64,000 nt of DNA from Paraspadella gotoi (Eukaryota; Animalia; Chaetognatha), in assembly GCA_051294375.1 (NCBI GenBank), contig CM119264.1:9422764-9486763 (forward strand). Direction: 5' to 3'. Position numbers and translations under genes: made by a program. The notes under the pieces were generated by a model. The model worked only from the letters and a program-made list of their open reading frames with translations. It searched no databases and was not told the origin of the DNA. Below, piece by piece: positions 32,101 through 45,267 of the stretch; the first letter of the stretch is position 1; every line of letters starts with the position of its first letter.

Positions 32101-32952
32101 TTAATTCTATTATTTATCATCCATTTTAATTAAGAAAAAATATTTTTCATAATAGCCCATTAAAAAGGGTTCATTGACTGACTTAATGATTGAATTTTTT
32201 AGATATCTTTACTGCCCCATTTCACAAGATATAAAGGTCATGGTTATCATGTCAGTAAGTCCAGATTATCTGTACCCTTTATGGCAGTGATTTCTATCTA
32301 GGAATTTAGCAAAAAAAACCACTTTTTTCAATATTGTTAGAATATTACCACAAAAAATGATTAAATTTTAACTCTAAGACAAAGTTGTCTAGACTACAGG
32401 ATTAATTGAAATCCTCTGCTGCATTTTCTAATTAAGAATCAATATCATTTTTGCTACTTTTAATAAAAAAAATCATGTCCATTTTTGTCCATTTTGACTT
32501 TTGTCTTGAGATTTGAATGCCAAGATCATTGAAGAAAATTTTTTTACTCTGGCTTTCGGGTCCTTCTTATCTCTTTACCTCTGAGTTGGTTCATTGATGT
32601 TAATCATCTATTGTTTGCCTATGAATTAATTTTTAAATTGACTAGTCAAAACTTACATTTTACATTTATATTACAATTTGTTAAACAAAAATACTTCAAA
32701 ATGTCCACAATTCTAATCAAATATTCCTTATTGTTGTGTGCTTCTGGTACCTAAAAAATTAGGGCAAAAATTTAATACTTTAGCTGAAAAAAAATTTTTA
32801 AGCCTATTTTTAATTTGTGAGGATTTGTGAGGTGCATTTTATTTGAACTTAAACCGGTTTTTGACTTATTTTATAGTTTTAATAGCTGAAACCTAAAAGC
32901 AAGAAAAAGAATAAAAAATGAAACCATTTTTCCTCTCTCTCTCTCTCCCTCT

Positions 32953-33017
<65 letters not shown>

Positions 33018-34010
33018 GTCACCTTGTGAAAGGAAGAGCAAGATCCACATGTTGAACAGCTTGGATTGTTCGTTGGCCGACTCTTCAGTCGCACAGTCGT
33101 CGACGAAAACGTCAGGAGATGAGCAAAGCGGCTCGTAAGAAACGTTCGTTGCCATTACGACGTCTTCGAACTCTGACGAATGAGAAGAGTAGAAGTAAAT
33201 ATAAGTAAGTATATATAAGTAAATATAAATTTACACCTAAAATAAGGATTAATTAGGATCAATTGAATGACAAAGTGAATTATAGAGCCGAAATCCGTTG
33301 TAAACGGATTCGGCAAAAAATTCAAGCAAATACTTCAATCTTATTAGCTTACTCACTCATTACCATAATAGGCACATCGAGTTAATTCTAAATCTTTTTC
33401 CTGAATGTATTTTGTTTATACATACCTAAGAGCCTGTCATGTACGCTCACCGTATTTGTCCATGATGAGATGAGGCAAAACGGAAATGAGGGCGCCGACC
33501 GCCATGACGATGGCGCAAAGGGCGATCGCGCGAGGACGGTGGACGGCGTTGCCCACGTAAGAGAATGGAATGATAACTAAGAGACTCCCGATCTGAGTGA
33601 AAGAAATATTTAATGAATGGAGAAAAAACTAAAGTGAATGAATGAATGAATAAATGAATGATGTGAGATGAGAGAAAGAGTGTGTGATGAGATGAAGTGC
33701 TGCGCCTCGCGTGTCTGTGAGCGTACCTTGGAATTGGTGTGATTGCTGCTAGAATTCGCTACTCAGTTCAAATCTTCGCTCGATCTGCGTAACGATGCTG
33801 CCAGGTAAGAGCGAGGATGAATGTCCGATCTGGAGGATTCCCTGGCAGAAGACGTAAGAAGGGATGTCGCAAAGCGCGGCCCGCCATCTTGGGAGAGAAG
33901 TGGGGTCGGTCCTGGCCCGCTGGATATCGAGCGTGGGTGGAGGTGGTGGACGCCCAAAGGGGGAAGGAATGTAGCGCGGGTCGTTCAAATGGCGATAATG
34001 CGCGAATTGT
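26156..34010 (-). CDS. SLCO: Organic anion transporting polypeptide (OATP/SLCO family), multi-exon; several exons carry apparent assembly indels
   Basis: Spliced exons give family motifs: SIVTQIERRFELSS; IGSLLVIIPFSYVGNAVHRPRAIA..LPHL; GISYIDDN..SALYV; IGPAFGFILG; PGDPRWVGAWWMGFL (about 29980-30030); FMAKYLQNQFSISASKANLFIG; Kazal-like CNRNCDCSREQYLPICGADGIRYYSPCHAGC; IGFMPSPMYHGILIDSTCLQWGEKCGFKGACKIYDN. Last exon DRKVSGN...ERHTVV* stops at 26156. Start codon uncertain. Confidence 0.93.
26726..27340. mobile_element. Foldback/MITE-like palindromic element in the last OATP intron
   Basis: Ends aaggcgtagtaaaatt (26726) and aactttcactacgcctt (27340) are inverted repeats. Arms about 26885-27005 and 27070-27190 are imperfect reverse complements. 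Confidence 0.7.
31165..31213. repeat. Perfect 18-bp inverted repeat (hairpin) in a large OATP intron
   Basis: aaaaaaatcagcctctag / 13-nt loop / ctagaggctgattttttt; probably part of a decayed DNA element. Confidence 0.75.
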
Positions 34011-35059
34011 TCGTTTTGCAATTGAACCAATTCAAATAGAAAATGAAAAAAATTTACATGAAATCGGTACAAACCCATATAAAATTATACATGCATATGA
34101 TTTGGGCGTCTTTTTAAAATTATTACAATTTTTTAAAAAATCCTAAATTCTAAACAAAATTACGATTTTCGTCGTTTTGTCCAAATGAAGCTTTTTCTTT
34201 TCTATAGTGATTTTTTTTTTTTTATCGAATTTTCGACCGGAAAAAAAACAATCGGTTTCAACTTTGGCTGAATAGTTTTCAAAAGCGAAAAGAAAATATT
34301 TGAAGAGGAAAGCCGAAAAAGGGGAAAAAGCTGTTGATTGTAATTAATGCAAGGAAAAAAAATGAAATAAAAAAAATCGGTAGATGAAGTTAGAATTTTT
34401 TAAGAGAAAAACGGGAGAACTAAACAAGCGAATGTGAAAGAACGTCAAAATATCGGAGGGTAATTTTTTCGGCCTTGAGAAGCTGCGTTCCAAGATAACA
34501 GGGATTATTTTTCGGATCTCAGATGAGAATCTACTTCTTGATCAAGAAGGTTTACGATCGTATCCACTTCCCCCGACACCTAAAGATTATCGCCTTATCA
34601 TTTATCATTTATTATTTAAAAGAGATACAATATTTTTGTGAAAAAATGTCAACTGATAGTAAAATCGATATTCGTCTCGGTGTTTTTTATACTTTCTTTC
34701 GTGTATAAAGTTCACGCTGTTCCTCTGATATCATATATACGTGTTATATAAATTGAAAGTTCCTCATTTAATTCCCTAAATATTTTGAAGGTGATTTCTC
34801 GGACGAGAAAGTTAATATTTCCTTAATTGTTTTTCAATGATTTAAAACCATTTAGGTTTGTCGTAGTACGCATAACATTATTTGTTAAAAATATTAGTAA
34901 CTTCACTTAACAAGTTGAGCAAACAAGTTCGGATCATAACAAACTATATAAACAAAAAAAATAATTTAATTAATAAATTAATTGATGATTATTTAAATAA
35001 TTAAATAATTTATAAATAAATTGATTATGAATAATTAGTTAATAGAAACTAAATAAATT

Positions 35060-35437
35060 ATTGGTTGAATATTGATTGATTAATCAATTATTTATTTAAT
35101 TAATTGACTATTGATTGATTAACTGATTAATTATTTGATAATTAATACATCTTGCATTTAAATTTAATATAAAAGAAAAACGAAGCATAATCAATTAGTG
35201 AAACAGGTTTTTAGTTTTTCCATTTAAACTCATTTCCACTAAGACGTTTCCATCGAAACTTGATTTCCACCTTAATCACACACTTTCCTACCCACATACA
35301 AAATTTCAAGTCAATCGCCCCGCCCACTCATGAGTAATTGACGTTCAAAGAGGTGAATGCCCGACAAGATTGAGAGGGCGGACCGACGGAAGTGAAATAT
35401 AATGTCGGGATCTGCTTATAAGCAGATCCGACTAAAA
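35060..35437 (+). mobile_element. Second copy of the Helentron/DINE-1-like element, with intact 3' hairpin
   Basis: Homologous to 18580-19051; ends gtcgggatctgcttataagcagatccgactaaaaa (stem-loop followed by an A-run). Confidence 0.6.
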
Positions 35438-35812
35438 ATAGGAAACCGTTGAAATCGTATTTTGAAAACTCAAACAACGGAGTTTTTTTTTTAATTTTTT
35501 TTTATTTTGTTAATTACGATTACTATTTATTGTTATAGTGGAGAGGCGACTGAGGAACCTGTACAAATGCGTGTAGTAGTTCTGCAAGTTAAAATAGTAA
35601 AACCAGTTTCTTCCAAAACGTCTTTCGGTGCTATTTTCTTTTGAAAGATTTTCGAAGGGTCTTGTTGTTGTATGATATAAATGTTATAAAGAAATATGAA
35701 TTTATCATACTATTGAATGAATTTTTGTTGTAGTGTTGTAGTTTATAATTCATCATCATCGATTACCGAAAAGGTCTCGATGAAACTCTATCTCTCTCTC
35801 TCNNNNNNNNNN

Positions 35813-35844
<32 letters not shown>

Positions 35845-36399
35845 GATGGAGAGAAAGAGCGAATGAGTTAGAGAGAGAGAGCGAGAGAGAGAGAGAGAGA
35901 GAGAGANNNNNNNNNNNNNNNNNNNNNNNNNGGAAAGATGAGAGGGGAGGAGAGAGAGAGTTTACGTGTGTCCCAAATAATCTCTTTTCACGTACAACGA
36001 AAAAGCAGAACAAGCCAATTAATTTTACCGGAATTATCGTCAACGTCTCCCCCTTCTCCACCTCCCCCCTAGCTAATAACTATTCAAACTTTCTTCTTGT
36101 ACGATATATTTGTTTAGTATATTTCCTTGTTCTGTGTTTAGTAGTTTTTGCAATATAACTGGGTTTATTGTAGTCACTAACGATTAATTTAATAAATCGG
36201 ACATGTTTCAGCAAAAATTTGACATTTGGAATATAATATAAACTGGGTTATAAGAAATAGAGGGAAGAAGAAGAAGAAGAGAGAGAGAGAGAGGAGAGAG
36301 AGGATGATGTAGTATTGTATTATATTGATAGAGTGTATCTCTTATCTATGGCTCCATTACTTATCTCTTTTCTGATATCTTCCTAAATCCCTCATCCCT

Positions 36400-36678
36400 T
36401 CCCCCTTAGCTAATAACTATTCAAACTTTTCTTTTTTGACTATTTTTTTACTGAATTGTGTTCGTAGTATTTTCCTTTCGTTTCGTTGTATTTAGATAGT
36501 TGTTTGCAAAGTAACGGAGTTTTTATTGTAGTCTACAACGATTAATGTTAAAATCGNNNNNNNNNNNNNNNNNNNNNNNNNAATCGGACATGTTTCGCAA
36601 AAATTTTGACATTTGGAATAGAATATAAAACTGGGTTATAAGAAAGTGAGAGAGAGAGAGAGAGAGAGAGAAGAGAGA

Positions 36679-36714
<36 letters not shown>

Positions 36715-39700
36715 ACAGATTCCTCTCATTTCATGCGACCGAGAGGGGCCAGCTCAATTTTTGCGCTTTTTTTCCGTTTATTTCATTTCTCTTTCTTTTA
36801 CTATCCTCACATCTCTATTTTCATTCTACTTCACTATTTTTCAATTATAGTTATTTCTCACATGTTATTAATTTTATTGCACAAAAATTTTAAAAACTGT
36901 CTTTGAAGTTTGAAAAAAATTTTAATTGTTGTACATTTTGTATCAAAACCTTTACACCCTTCAAATTTTCAATTTTCATCCCCTACTGAATCTATTGTCA
37001 CCTCTGACCACTATTCCTTCCTCAATTTCTTTGTTGGCAACTTTGAACTTGGATTCTCTTCTCTCTCTCTCTTCTCTCTCTCTCTTCTCTCTCTCTCTCT
37101 AGAATAAACCTATTTTCATATTATTTTACAACTGTCAAATTGCTCTGATGAAGGTTTGATATTAAACCGAAAACATGTCCGATTTTAACATAATCGTTGT
37201 TGGAATACAATAAAAACTCTGTTAGTTTGCAAACAATGAATTGTATTTAATATTACATGCCTAGGTTTTTATTTCAATGTAAAAAGTATCACTCAATTTA
37301 CTTTACTTTTTTAAACCAAATGTCTTTATGGTATTTTTGTAAATAGCTTTTAGTATTAGATTAGATTTACTATCCACTGAAATTGTACAATTTTTTTTCT
37401 GTTATTTAATTTTTTTTTTTATTAAGAGGATTTGAAAGACATTCCTATTGAATTTTTTTGTTATTTTTATTGTTCTTTTTTTTATTCTCTTTTTTTTATT
37501 CATGTCTTGATCTGATATTTGATCATACTTCATGTTTTTTATCATAAAACTAAATACTAAATCCTTTTTATGTATTTTTAATCCTAAATGTGAAGTGGAA
37601 AAATTTATGCAAGAAAAAATATATTATTTTAATAATATAGAATATTTTTTTCAGTTATTAGTTATAGTACCGCGCTAACAGTTCAGTTTAATCCTTGAAG
37701 CGATTACATATATTGGCGCAGCCACTGGTTATTTAATTGTAAAAACAATTACGTTTAATTTTGATTACAAAATGTTTATTTCTCCTCACCTCTCATTCCT
37801 CAAATCGGGAAAAGAAGAGCAAACAAAGGAGTAAGAGTTTACTTTCGACTTCTTGATCGAGATAAAGGTTTTAAGTGCGACCCGCTCTCTCCCAATAATA
37901 AATGCATTAAATTCATTTTGAAGAAAAAAAATAATTCGAGTTCATTTTTATAAAAAATCAAAATGGAGAAAAAACTAAAAATGGAGACGTAAAATATTTC
38001 ATTGAATAAAAAGTGAATATTTTCATCTCATAGACATACTACTAGTATTTTTCATATCTTGGAAAGCATTGAAACAAAATAGAAATGTTAAAATATTTTA
38101 TTTCGTGTTGTTGGCTTCTATGGTATTATTCGATCGCACTCAGTCAGGTTCGAAACACGCATTTATTTAAACAATGATTTTGTAATAAAATAGGCAAAAG
38201 TTTACAAAAAGACGGATGGGCTATTAAAAAAGAATTAAAATTAATCTTTTTCTAAGTTTTATGACGTTTAAAATACTATTTTTGTACTAAAAAGTTACGA
38301 ATCGCATAATTAATCAACTTAATTTTTTTAGCCGAAGATTTTGAGCCGCGTTACTCTCTCGCGTCAACCCTGAAGTAGAGTTAAGGGCGACTGGGCAAGG
38401 GACTTCGATCCAGTTCACTGTCCGGGTCAACACTATGAGTAAATTGATGAGAGAGACGTCGTCCTCGCGCCTCAATCTAGAGGAACTTCCATGGCGGATC
38501 GCGTCGAGAGTGAGTGACTTGAGCAACAGGCTAAAAACATAACTCCTCTTTCCACTAATTCTAAATCATCTGGTTCTGTGAAAATATAAAAGTGTTCGGT
38601 CGTTTTAAACCAAATTCATTTTTCAGATGCTTTTATGCTTTGTAATCAGGTGATAAACTTTTGAATGCAAGACTTTCTCTCAACACTGACACCCGGATCT
38701 AAAATGCACCTGCTCTCTTCGATACCGCCGTTGAGATTTAGCGTCCGGTCAGATTGCTTCGGTTCCGAGTGCAAAATTGATCTTTATCACAGGTTCAAAA
38801 AATTATTTTAGCGCATTAGTTGTTTAAATTTAATCTTAGTTTATATTTGAAATAAACACAAAGTCAAAATATGATATTGTGGCGAATCCTAAATTTGCCT
38901 TCTCGTATGCTTGATGAAACAGCTCGTCCCATTGGCTTTGACAGCACGTACTCCTTCACAATCGTGAGTTCCGGATTCAATCCCCTACGGTACGCTGGTT
39001 AAAGTGTGATGGTGTCGGCATAACACGCCGTGTCATGAGTGGTCACAGCAGTCCAAAGCCCTGAGTGCAGCTGTCGAGAGATGCCTCACACCCCAGGAAT
39101 CACACATATCCCCCGTTGCCATAATATTACCTTTTTTTTGATACAGAATTACCTATATTATAATTATCTGTAAAACATGTGTAGATTAACCTCTATTTCC
39201 AGAAAACTACACTAACTCCTCATCCAAACAGATAAATATTTTATATTGAAATATTTAACACAAAAAAATATATTAACAAATAAATAAATCATAAATATGT
39301 TATTTTTAAATCTAAAAAAATAAAAATAGTGAACAAGTAATTTTGAAACTTTTAAAAACGTTTTATTTCTTTCCAAAGTAAAAACTAATTCCTATAAATG
39401 CTCTGATCGATCAATTATCTTCCTGAAATACTAGAAACATAAAAAATGACACATGAAAAAACATGAAAACATTAAATAGTTTATTTTTTCTTTCCATTAT
39501 TGTCTCCTGCAAAGTAAAAAAAAATGTGACCAACTGGTTTATCTATAAATAGCCTTAGAGCGAATAATTAAGAAAACATAAAACATTGCACATGAAAAAA
39601 CATGAAAAACATAAAACAGTTTCTTTCTTTTCCATTACTGTCTACTTGGCAAAGTAAAAAAATGACTAAACTGGTTTCTCTATAAATAGCCTTTGAGCGA

Positions 39701-42235
39701 CAATTATATTCTTGGAAATATAAGAATGGTATGGTAGACTAAAAATGGCAAGTAATTTAACTCCAACCCAAAGGTCCGGGTTCGAGCCCGGTGGTCGCCT
39801 TACACTTAAGAAGACCCGCGCATAACCCGCCTGTAACACGGTGTTACACCTTATCCGAGCTCTGGGACAGCTTATATTGAACACTATGTCAATAATCATA
39901 ACAATTATTACTGTCTCTTAAAGGAATATTTTTAAATGCTTTATATAGAAGTTAGACCTAATCCAACGTGCTTAATGGTCTGAGATACATCCCTAACATC
40001 CACTAACACTAATCTGATTGAAACCTAATCTTATCCCTAACTTATCAACTTATTACTATAAATCTGCTCCCCAAACTTTTTGATTAACGTTTCATATTAA
40101 AGATCAAAAATTAATTTATCTCTTTTATTTTCTAAGGATTGGGTGTGTGCCGAAAAATTCACTGTACCCCTCTGCCCGACGTTGGTAAAACGTTTTGCGA
40201 TGAAGGGGAATCATAAGTCACTCGACTAAATCGGATAGGAGATGTTGCGAATTGGCGGAATGCATTTGCACGCCGGAAACTTGTCGAGGTCGACAATAGA
40301 AAACCAGTCGGATCAGGTAGGGAAAGATAAAACAACATAGAGAGAATGTACATTCATAACCATCTTCATTTTTTAAAACCTTAAAGGCTAAATAGAAGCC
40401 AAACCATGCATGATTCTTGCTCTATTGTATGAGTTGATATAAAAATAAATGAATTCCTAGATTTAACTTCATGGAATTGTAGAAAATGTTATCGGATTAA
40501 CGTTCAAAACAAAATCCAGACCAAAAACCAGACAATCTCCGTCGCCAGGAATCCTTCCGCGACGTTCGAATCGCACCTCTGCTGCCAAGTGGAGAATCGT
40601 CTGCAACGGAACGCTTGTCCCACTGAAGACGATCTTTCCGCCCAGTGCGGCGCTGCTGGGCAAGTCGCTTCAAGATCGACGGTCCGTGCTGCAAAGAAGT
40701 TGAGTGTGGTGAGTCCGATTTCAGAAAGGGTAAGTTTGTTCATATTAGAGACCCATTTTTTTACACAATTAAATATATTTTTTTTAACATGTATTTATTA
40801 TAGAATGGAATAGCAAATAAATTGGAACTCTTATTTAATCTCCTACAAATCCACTCTCTGTGATGTTAGACTTTCAATTAGTTTTATAAAATTATATGTC
40901 ATCCATGATCGATTGATAATCTCTCGTCCAGTTGCGAGGCGTCGAATGTCCACCTCTTCAAAACTGCGAAGATGGAGAAGAGTCTATGACGATAAAGACG
41001 GGTGTTGCGAATATATCTGTGCGGAGATGTGCAGCCGCTTTTTGGTAAACTTATAATGATAAAGCCTGGAAGTTCGATCAGTAATCTACACAAAGAATGT
41101 TTTAAAAAAACCTCAGTAATTTGAAAATTATCATATGATTAATTATTATTTAATTGGACTCACTATCGAAACTTTTGTCATGTTTATTTCATCAATTACT
41201 ATTAAATGATGTCGCTAGAAAACTCAATTTTTTATTCAGCAACGGGACCGATCTATCCACTTTGCGGGCAAAGGAGGAAGTACGGAGAGATGATCCCGTC
41301 TGTATAGAGCGCATCTTTTCACGCAAAATATTTAAACGCCCACGCCCATATATATCAAGATTTTATTTTGACGACTCATCCAATTTCTTTTCACCAGGCT
41401 TGACGCGGGTCGACTATCGAAATGATCGCCCTCGATGTTCATCGTGTCCACGACTTTTCTCGTAATCCTCCTGTCGCCGCCGTCTGCTCGGTGCGTGATG
41501 CTGGTCACTCTCAAAAAGTCGAAAAAACAAACTGGTAAAAGTGAGTGGAAGGCTGCTACATCTACCGAATTGCAACAATAAACAATGAAGTTCCGTGAAT
41601 TAGAAACGCTGTCTTTTGTTCAGTTTTATAGTTTTCTCCAAGAAAAACTAAAGTCTTGTAAAAGTACAACAGGACACAAAAATTTGATAGATATATTTAA
41701 ATTTGATCAATAAAAAATTTTTATAAATACAAATCGCTTTTTGAGACATATTTTCGATACTAGTAATTTGACGCTTTAATAATTCAAATAAGAAAAGACA
41801 AATCATAATTTTGATTGACAGCGATGTCCTCATATTAATAATTCAGCCTGCTTCTTTGCAAAGATATCAGAATTGATACAGCAATCCCTCTGCAGTAGCG
41901 TTCTCAAAGCTCAACTTGATCTCGGGCGCACAGAGTCGATGAGTTCCTAAGTCGTCTCGACGACCCAAAAAATGATGCCGATTTGAAGTATTGGAGACGA
42001 AGTTGACGAAGATTAGGATCCAGTCGAGAGGCCCAACCCGTCCACCTCCACCGAGATGTCGTGCAGTTCTCGATCTCGAAGATGTTCAGCCTCGGAGGCT
42101 GTTGGAGGGTCGATGCTCTGCCAAACAACCACCTGATAGACGAAAGGGCAGGAAAATAGATAGAAAGAATGACAGTTATGAGTTATGACATAATTTCCGA
42201 TTGGCGCTCATCCAACCTTCCACTCCAAAAAATCG
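36400..42235 (+). repeat. About 5.8-kb direct duplicate of about 43600-49590 (indel-rich copy)
   Basis: Collinear near-identity throughout; differences are mostly 1-nt indels; N gaps at or near both ends (36557-36580, 42363-42387). Confidence 0.92.
38085..41581 (+). pseudogene. Frameshifted duplicate of the PAN/Cys-rich membrane protein gene (probably an erroneous redundant assembly copy)
   Basis: Same exons as 45268-48906 with many single-base deletions. Confidence 0.7.
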
Positions 42236-42387
42236 CATTTCTCTCTTCTTTTACTATCCCTCACTATCTCTATTTCCATTTCAACTTCACTATTTACTTT
42301 ATTAATTTTTAATTATTTATTACTCGCATTATTATTAATTTTATTGCACAAAAGTTTTAAAANNNNNNNNNNNNNNNNNNNNNNNNN

Positions 42388-43395
42388 TAAATTTTTTTAC
42401 ATTTTCTATTTGAATTGGTTCATTGCAAACGAACAATTCGCCGCATTATCGCCATTTGAACGACCCGCGCTACATCCTTCCCCCTTTGGGCGTCCAGCCC
42501 ACCCTCACCCACGCTCGAAATCCAGCGGCCAGGACCGACCCCACTTCTCTCCCAAGATGGCGGCGCGCTTTCGGCGACATCCGCTTCTACGTCTTCTGCC
42601 AGGGAATCCTCCAGATCGACAATTCCATCCTCGCTCTTACCTGCGCAGCATCGTTACGCAGATCGAGCGAAGATTTGAACTGAGTAGCGAGATTCTAGGC
42701 AGAATCACACACCGGATTCCAGGTCAGTAAAGGAAGGAGGGAGCAGTCATTCATTCATTCTTTCATTCATTCATTCATTTATTCATTCATTCATTCACTT
42801 TTAGTTTTTTCTCCATTCATTAAACATTTCTTCACTCAGATCGGGAGTCTCTTGTTATCATTCCTTCTCTACGTTGGCAACGCCGTCCACCGTCCCTGCG
42901 CGATCGCCCTTTGCGCCATCGTCATGGCGGTCGCGCCCTCATTTCCGTTTTGCCTATCTCATCATGGACAAATACGGTGAGCGACATACAGGCTTTAGGT
43001 ATGTATAAACAAAATACATCAGGAAAAAAATTTACAATTAACTCGATGTGCTATATGTAATGGAGTGAGTAAGCTAATAAATTGAGTATTTGCTTGAATT
43101 TTTTTGCCGAATCCGTTTACAACGGATTTCGCTCTATAATTCACTTTGTCATTCAATTGATCCTAATTAATCCTATTTTAGGTGTAAATTATAATACTAT
43201 ATATACTTACTTAATTACTTATACTCTCTCATTCGTCAGAGTTCGAAGACGTCGTCCATGGCAGCGAACGTCTCTTACGAGCCGCTTGCCATCTCCTGAC
43301 TTTTTCGTCGACGACTGTGCGACTGAGAGTCGGCCAACGAACAATCCAAGCTGTTCACATGTGGATCTTTGCTCTTCCTTTCACAAGTGACATAG
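42388..43395 (+). repeat. Inverted duplicate of the OATP 5' exons (about 33015-34060)
   Basis: Reads ...SIVTQIERRFELSS, IGSLL..., DDCATES on the plus strand; introns retained; indel-rich; starts at an N gap. Confidence 0.88.
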
Positions 43396-43411
43396 ATGAG
43401 TAGAGAGAGAG

Positions 43412-43505
<94 letters not shown>

Positions 43506-43814
43506 TTTACGTGTGTCCCAATAATCTTCACGCTACAACGAAAAGCAGAACAAGCCAATTAATTTTACCGGAATATCGTCACGTCTCCCCCTTCTCCCAC
43601 CTCCCCCTAGCTAATAACTATTCAAACTTTTCTTTTTTGACTATTTTTTACTGAAATGTGTTCGTAAGTATTTTCCTTTCGGTTTCGTTGTGTTAGATAG
43701 TTGTTTTGCAAAGTAACCGGAGTTTTTATGTAGTCAACACAGATTAATGTTAAAATCGGACGATGTTTCAGCAAAAATTTTACAGTTTGAAATGAAATAA
43801 AACTGGTTTATAAG

Positions 43815-43883
<69 letters not shown>

Positions 43884-44221
43884 CATGATTCTCTCATTTC
43901 ATGCGACCGGAGAGGGCCAGCTCAATTTTGGCTTTTTTCGTTTATTTCATTTCTCTTTCTTTACTATCCCTCACCATCTCTATTTTCATTCCTGAGTCTT
44001 ACACTAATTTCAATTATAGATTATTCTCACTATGTTATTAATTTTATTGCACAAGAAATTTAAAAACTGATCTTGAAGTTTGAAAAAATTTTAATTGTTG
44101 TACATTTTGTATCAAACACCTTTACACCCTTCAAATTTCAATTCACCCCTATCTGAATCTATTGTCACCGTCTGACCACATTCCTCTCCTCAATTTCTTT
44201 GCTTGGCAACTTTGAACTTGG

Positions 44222-44271
<50 letters not shown>

Positions 44272-45267
44272 AGAATAAACCTATTTTCATATTATTTTAC
44301 AACTGTCAAATTGCTCTGATGAAGGTTTGATATTAAACCGAAACATGTCCGATTTTAACATTAATCGTTGTTGGATACAATAAAAACTCTTAGTTGCAAA
44401 CAACTGAATTGTATTTAATATTAATGCCTAGGTTTTTATTTCAATGTAAAAAGTATCACTCAAATTTACTTTTACTTTTTTAAACCAAATGTCTTTATGG
44501 TATTTTTGTAAATGCTTTAGTTATTAGATTAGATTTACTATCCACTGAAATTGTACAATTTTTTTTCTGTTATTTAAGTTTTTTTTTTTATTAAGAGGAT
44601 TTGAAAGACATTCTATTAATTTTTTTGTTATTTTTATTGTTCATTTTTTTTATTCTCGTTTTTTTTATTATGTCTTGATCTGATATTTGATCATACTTCA
44701 TGATTTTTTATCATAAAACTAAATACTAAATCTTTTTATGTATTTTTAATCCTAAATGTGAAGTGGAAAAATTTATGCAAGAAAAAATAATATTATTTTA
44801 ATAATTATAGAATATTTTTTTCAGTTAAATTAGTTATAGTACCGCGCTAACAGTTCAGTTTATGCCTTGAAAGCGATTACATATATTGGCGCAGCCACTG
44901 GTTATTTAATTGTAAAAACAATTACGTTTACTTTTGATTACAACAATGTTTATTTGTTCCCCCTCACCTCTCATTCCTCACAATCGGGAAAAGAAGAGCA
45001 AACAAAGGAGTAAGAGTTTACTTTCGACTTCTTGATCGAGATAAAGGTTTTAAGTGCGACCCCGCTCTCTCCCAAATAATAACATTGCATTAAATCATTT
45101 TGAAGAAAAAAAAATAATTCGAGTTCATTTTTATAAAAATCAAAATGGAGAAAAAACTAAAAATGGAGACGTAAAATATTTCATTGAATAAAAAGTGAAT
45201 ATTTTCATCTCATAGACATACTACTAGTATTTGCATATCTTGGAAAAAGCATTGAACCAAAATAGAA

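Noticed and set aside
39435-39705. CRISPR-like or regulatory repeat (about 130-bp unit twice; also 46675-46945)
   Set aside because: Simple AT-rich tandem duplication in a eukaryotic intron; no spacers or cas genes.
38085-43395. Genuine paralogous pseudogenes of the PAN, Grp7 and OATP genes
   Set aside because: Indel-dominated differences and flanking N gaps favour sequencing or assembly error over evolutionary decay.
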